DNA from: Clostridia bacterium
Lineage (GTDB): Bacteria > Bacillota > Clostridia > JAAYHZ01
Assembly: GCA_050950825.1 (NCBI GenBank)
Contig: JBMNIH010000008.1
Span: 1 to 64,000 of the forward strand
Length of the DNA: 64,000 nucleotides
Reading direction: 5' to 3'
The translations under genes were made by a program, and so were the position numbers. This document shows positions 59,741 through 64,000 of the stretch, in pieces (positions within the stretch are counted from its first letter, which is position 1; each line of letters starts with the position of its first letter). The notes beneath the pieces are model-generated. The model ran no database searches. It was not told where the DNA came from and saw nothing but the letters and a program-made list of their open reading frames with translations.

Positions 59741-60739
59741 ATGAAACTGGCTATTGCAGGTTTGGATCATTTCCATATTCACGGTTTTTTGCAAGAAGCC
59801 TTGGCCATTCCGGAAACCCAATTGGTAGGACTGTACGACAGTGTCCCGGAAGTTTTAAAGCAAAACGTTGAACGGTATAAAGTAAAAGGATATGAAAATT
59901 TCGAAGAAATGCTGGAGAAATCCGGTGCCGATGTCATCGCAACCGCATGCATCAATAAAGAAAAAGCGGATATTATCTGCAAGTCCTTGGAAAGAGGGTT
60001 CCCCGTCATTGCCGACAAGCCCTTGGTAACCACTGTCGAAGAATTTTTCAGAGTGAAATACGTATATGAAAACACCAAGGACGCGAAATTGTATATGATG
60101 CTAACGGAACGCTTTAATCCCCCGGTTTACACCGCAAAGAAATACATCGACGAAGGCAAAATCGGGAAAGTCGTCAATATGATTTCCTTACGTCCCCATA
60201 AGCTGAACATTGAAACCAGACCTTCTTGGTTTTTTAACAAAGAGTTGTACGGCGGATTGATGAACGATTTGGGCGTTCACGACATGGACGTATTCCGCTG
60301 GTTCGCCGACAGCGACATCGTAAGGGTACAATCTTGCTTCCAAGGCAACAAAGGGTACCCCGAATTGACCGATTTTTCCGATCACTCCGAAGCTTCCCTT
60401 CTTTTGGCGGACAACAGCACCGCATACGTTCGCTTAGACTGGCTGACGCCGAAAGCATATCCTACCCACGGCGACTGCCGATTTATCGTGATCGGCACGG
60501 AAGGCCAACTGGAAGCCTTTACGTATGACAATAAACTGATATTCTTCAACAACGAAACGCCTCCCGTAGAAGTGCCTACGGAAAAAAGACCGTATACTTT
60601 CACGGAGGACGTGTATATGAACATCAAGGATCCTTCCCGCAAGACGGCGATTTCTCCCGATGACATATTCAAAGCCACATGGGCGGCCCTAAAAGCCCAG
60701 GAGGTTGCCGACGCGAATTTAGGAGGATTGCAGATTTAA
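59741..60739 (+). CDS. Gfo/Idh/MocA oxidoreductase
   Basis: ADKP, ERF, WFF and GGLMNDLGVHDMD motifs. Confidence 0.88.
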   Translation: MKLAIAGLDHFHIHGFLQEALAIPETQLVGLYDSVPEVLKQNVERYKVKGYENFEEMLEKSGADVIATACINKEKADIICKSLERGFPVIADKPLVTTVEEFFRVKYVYENTKDAKLYMMLTERFNPPVYTAKKYIDEGKIGKVVNMISLRPHKLNIETRPSWFFNKELYGGLMNDLGVHDMDVFRWFADSDIVRVQSCFQGNKGYPELTDFSDHSEASLLLADNSTAYVRLDWLTPKAYPTHGDCRFIVIGTEGQLEAFTYDNKLIFFNNETPPVEVPTEKRPYTFTEDVYMNIKDPSRKTAISPDDIFKATWAALKAQEVADANLGGLQI

Positions 60740-60756
60740 AAAACCGAAAACAAGAT

Positions 60757-60785
60757 AAAAAGCGGCCGAGCAGAGGCCGCTTTTT
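60757..60785. terminator. Bidirectional terminator
   Basis: AAAAAGCGGCC-gagcaga-GGCCGCTTTTT. Confidence 0.8.
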
Positions 60786-61227
60786 ATATATACTTTATAA
60801 AATTCTTTTGATCTTTTTTATGCAGATAACCGTGCTTACGGTAAAATCGATGGGCATCCGTCCTGTCAATTCCGGATACCAAACGGATTCCGCGGAATCC
60901 GTTTTCTTTTGCCCGATTTTCGAGGTGTTGAATCAATAAGCTGCCGACCCCCTTACTCCTGTACCTTTCTTTTACGACGAAGCCCAAGATATTGATCAAA
61001 GAATCGGAATAAAGAAGCTCGTAGGGGCTCCCGTGAATATATCCGATTACTTCATTTTCCCGTTGGGCAACGAAAATGATATCTTTTGTGTTTTTTTGAA
61101 TATGTTCTATACGCACTTTTACTTTCTCCAAAGGATAATCATACCCCAACTCTTTATTTAACAAGCAGATGTCGTAATAATCCTCCGGCCTTATCTCCCT
61201 TATCATGACCGAGCTCATTTTAATCAT
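60784..61227 (-). CDS. GNAT acetyltransferase
   Basis: VVKERYRSKGVGSLL (motif A) and AHRFYRKHGY. Confidence 0.9.
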   Translation of the reverse strand: MIKMSSVMIREIRPEDYYDICLLNKELGYDYPLEKVKVRIEHIQKNTKDIIFVAQRENEVIGYIHGSPYELLYSDSLINILGFVVKERYRSKGVGSLLIQHLENRAKENGFRGIRLVSGIDRTDAHRFYRKHGYLHKKDQKNFIKYI

Positions 61228-61269
61228 GTCTCCTCTCAAAGGTCTTCTGCAAAAACCGTATTCATCCGC

Positions 61270-61719
61270 TTATCCGTTATCTTTTAAAAAACGGATCAGT
61301 TTTTCATGTCCGTCAAGGCCGGTTACCGAGAAAAAGGTCATTACGAAGGTGAAAAAGGATGCCGCCAAAGTCCAAATAAGAGAAAGTAAAAAAGGAGACG
61401 GTGCCGTCTTCACAAGAAAAATAACATATGCAGCCAAAAACATAGACAGAAGGGAAAAAGGATCCGTTAAACCGATGAAGGGCACTAAGAAAACCTGCGT
61501 CCGGCCTTCCGTGTCCTTCACAAAACCGATCGCTTTATTAAATACAGGATATCTTCCTCCGAAATCCCTTCCCGAATAATAGGTGACGGAAAAAAATCTT
61601 CCCATTATCCGGCCGATATATCTTTCTTGCCCCCAATTCCAACGGCTGTCAAAAGATCGTTTCAAATCATGCAAGTAATCACTTGCTTTTTGGTCGGAAA
61701 TCAATTTCAAAAAGATCAC
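61270..61719 (-). CDS. Small hypothetical membrane protein
   Basis: Two C-terminal hydrophobic helices. Co-oriented in the operon. Confidence 0.6.
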   Translation of the reverse strand: MIFLKLISDQKASDYLHDLKRSFDSRWNWGQERYIGRIMGRFFSVTYYSGRDFGGRYPVFNKAIGFVKDTEGRTQVFLVPFIGLTDPFSLLSMFLAAYVIFLVKTAPSPFLLSLIWTLAASFFTFVMTFFSVTGLDGHEKLIRFLKDNG

Positions 61720-61782
61720 CTCATCAAAATGATAAAGAAATCGGTCTTTTTTGTACGGGCTCTCGATACGGACTTGATATAC

Positions 61783-62994
61783 TTACGATACGACCGTATC
61801 CGCCGCCGCTTTATACAGCGCAACAATATTTTCCGGGGGGACCTCCGCTAACAGATTGTGAATGTTGCAAAAGACGAAACCGCTATCTTGAATCATGTAG
61901 CTTGCCACCTCTTTTGCCTGCGTATACACCTCTTCCGGTGTCCCCAAAGGGAGAACGTATTGGCTGTCTACCCCACCGCCCCATAAGCAGATTTTCCGGC
62001 GGGCACGGTCCTTCCATTCTTTATAGCTTCTTCCTCCCGCCGTCCACTGTACCGGATTCAAAATGTCAAACCCGGATTTGGCTACGATGTCGATCAAATC
62101 GTAAATGGCACCGCAGGAATGGAGAAGCAGCTTCACATGGGGAGCTATGGACTTTATATATTCAATAATTTGCTTGTAGTAAGTAAAAAACAACTCGTCG
62201 ATAAGATCCGGATGCATATACGTGGTGTTTTGCGTTCCCAAATCGTTGGACGAAAGCATCACGATATCCACGTAATCCTTGTAGTAATAGAAGGTTTCTC
62301 GGAACTGTTTTACGGCCAATTCCACATACAGCTTGTTCAGCTCGTGCATATATTCCGGCTCCAAAACGCACAGCATGGTTCCGTTGGCAAGTCCCCCTAC
62401 AAGACCGATGGGAACGGAATCCCCGTTTAAAAAGACCGCACGGTCCGTGGAGCTTCGCACCTTCTCTAAAAATTGACATTTCCTTTTTAATGCTTCCCTG
62501 TCGGGAGCGTATTCTTTGATCCGCCTTCGCAAAGCCGATAAATCGATTTTTTCAAGCTCTCCGGATAAATCGATGGGATTTCCTCCGTGTTCGCTGTCGA
62601 AAACAACGGAAGAAGGGGGCATTTTGCTAGCCCCCTGAAGGATGGTCCCGTCCGGTAAAATTTGAAATTGACTCGGGTCCCATACGGCGGCATACAATCT
62701 TTTATTAAAGTCAAAAGGCTGAAACATAAAGATGCAGTCGAAGGCATTGGTGTAAACCCCGTTGGTGGTGACTACATCCACTCCCAACATGTCCAAAAGA
62801 TCCTTTTCCGGCAGCGCCAGCATCTGACCCGTATCGTATACCAAGGATCGCATTTTTTTCAGACCTAAATATTCTCTTAATTTCGGATGAGCGAAAGCGC
62901 TGATGGAGGTAGAAGCCATTCCTCCCAAATCAACGGGAACGCGGTCGACAGGTTTAAACTCAATGGAGTTGAGTACTCTTTCCCTGCTGTTCAT
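61783..62994 (-). CDS. URO-D / MtaA-CmuA superfamily protein
   Basis: MNSRERV, DRVPVDLG, NDLGTQ, LHSCG, NPVQ, WGGGVD and IHN motifs. Confidence 0.88.
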   Translation of the reverse strand: MNSRERVLNSIEFKPVDRVPVDLGGMASTSISAFAHPKLREYLGLKKMRSLVYDTGQMLALPEKDLLDMLGVDVVTTNGVYTNAFDCIFMFQPFDFNKRLYAAVWDPSQFQILPDGTILQGASKMPPSSVVFDSEHGGNPIDLSGELEKIDLSALRRRIKEYAPDREALKRKCQFLEKVRSSTDRAVFLNGDSVPIGLVGGLANGTMLCVLEPEYMHELNKLYVELAVKQFRETFYYYKDYVDIVMLSSNDLGTQNTTYMHPDLIDELFFTYYKQIIEYIKSIAPHVKLLLHSCGAIYDLIDIVAKSGFDILNPVQWTAGGRSYKEWKDRARRKICLWGGGVDSQYVLPLGTPEEVYTQAKEVASYMIQDSGFVFCNIHNLLAEVPPENIVALYKAAADTVVS

Positions 62995-63023
62995 ATCTCC
63001 CTCCAAAATAGGCGTTTTTTAAT

Positions 63024-64000
63024 TTAAAAATCGACTTCCGTATTCTTCTCAAAGGATTCGTAAGCTTTGTCCATCATTTCCGTCAATTCCACCGCTTCTT
63101 TTATACCGAACTCTACCGGTTCGTTGTACTCGATGGCGTCCAGCCACTGGTCGATGGCGCTTTTTCCGGGCTTTGGCATGGAACCTACTTTAAACCAACC
63201 GGATTTTTTAGGCTCCGTTCCTGCCAAATATCCGCTTTGAAGTACTCCTTGGTCTTTTCCGTCTATAAACAAGGTTCCCTTCGTACCGTAGATTTCCATG
63301 GAAAAAGGCGATGCCGGCGTAACAAAACCGGTTTCGGCAATGGCTACCGCTCCGTTTTTGTATTTGAATACGGATACGGCGTTGTCTTCCACTTCGTGAC
63401 CGGTTACAAAGGTGAATGCGGAATATACCTTTTCCGGTTTTCCCATGAGCCATCTTATCAAGTACATGGGGTGGGCTCCTAAGTCAATCATAGCCCCTCC
63501 GCCGCATTGCTCCTTGGAATAAAAGTGGGGCGGAAGCCAATTGTCCGACGCACCGCTGTGGGCGTTTCTTACACGGAAGAGGCTGATTTCCCCTAAAACG
63601 CCGGAGTCGATGATTTCTTTGACGTAGATGTTCTTGGGAAATGTTCGATGGGGCAGCGAGATAACAAACTTGATCCCGGAATTTTCGATTTCCTTTTGAA
63701 TTTCCAAAGCGTCAACCGTTTTGGCCGTTAAAACCTTCTCGGTGAATACATGCTTCTTCGCTCTTGCCGCTTTGATGATAATCTCTTTGTGCATATTGGT
63801 AGGCGCATTGACCACCACACCGTCGATGTCGGTGTTTAAAAGCTCATCCAAGTCCTCATAAAACTCGGTATCAAGCTCCTTTGCCCACGCGATGCCTCTT
63901 TCCTTTACTTCGTCCCATACGCCTTTAATCAGGACGCGTCCCGTAGCCAAAAGCTCGCGGGCATAACCCTTTGCATGTACATGCCATCCCGACAACATTG
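63024..64000 (-). CDS. Gfo/Idh/MocA oxidoreductase (5' end probably just outside window)
   Basis: WHVHA, TEKVL, GGGAMIDLGAHP and VEDNA motifs. Confidence 0.85.
   Translation of the reverse strand, partial: MLSGWHVHAKGYARELLATGRVLIKGVWDEVKERGIAWAKELDTEFYEDLDELLNTDIDGVVVNAPTNMHKEIIIKAARAKKHVFTEKVLTAKTVDALEIQKEIENSGIKFVISLPHRTFPKNIYVKEIIDSGVLGEISLFRVRNAHSGASDNWLPPHFYSKEQCGGGAMIDLGAHPMYLIRWLMGKPEKVYSAFTFVTGHEVEDNAVSVFKYKNGAVAIAETGFVTPASPFSMEIYGTKGTLFIDGKDQGVLQSGYLAGTEPKKSGWFKVGSMPKPGKSAIDQWLDAIEYNEPVEFGIKEAVELTEMMDKAYESFEKNTEVDF

Noticed and set aside
1-64000. CRISPR arrays, tRNA/rRNA genes, prophage or anti-phage defence genes
   Set aside because: No regularly spaced repeats, cloverleaf or rRNA signatures, or phage/defence motifs were seen by eye.

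Overview
A 64 kb chromosomal segment of a spore-forming, Clostridia-type Firmicute. Most genes lie on the minus strand. It holds conserved housekeeping and sporulation blocks (cysS-lplA-mrnC-rlmB-yacP; spoIIID-mbl; hflX; spoVG-glmU-prs-pth-mfd-prsA; murC; pcrA; zapA-U32-dut-yigZ-yebC; yabE-rsmA) and a THF riboswitch upstream of folT. It also holds an orphan DnaA-box cluster, a ~13 kb uncharacterised sugar/uronate redox operon around uxaC with a decayed tandem duplicate, three URO-D-superfamily genes, and two complete IS elements (IS256 and ISLre2 families) inserted 29 bp apart in one promoter. The most striking observation is a shared ~165-nt structured non-coding element with compensatory stem changes. 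It sits downstream of both transposases but in opposite orientation relative to each. Other notable points are an IS256-made hybrid promoter, a GlmU with an eroded uridyltransferase domain, and a JAMM-type metal motif in the HflX N-terminal extension. All calls come from reading the sequence by eye. No database searches or folding programs were run.
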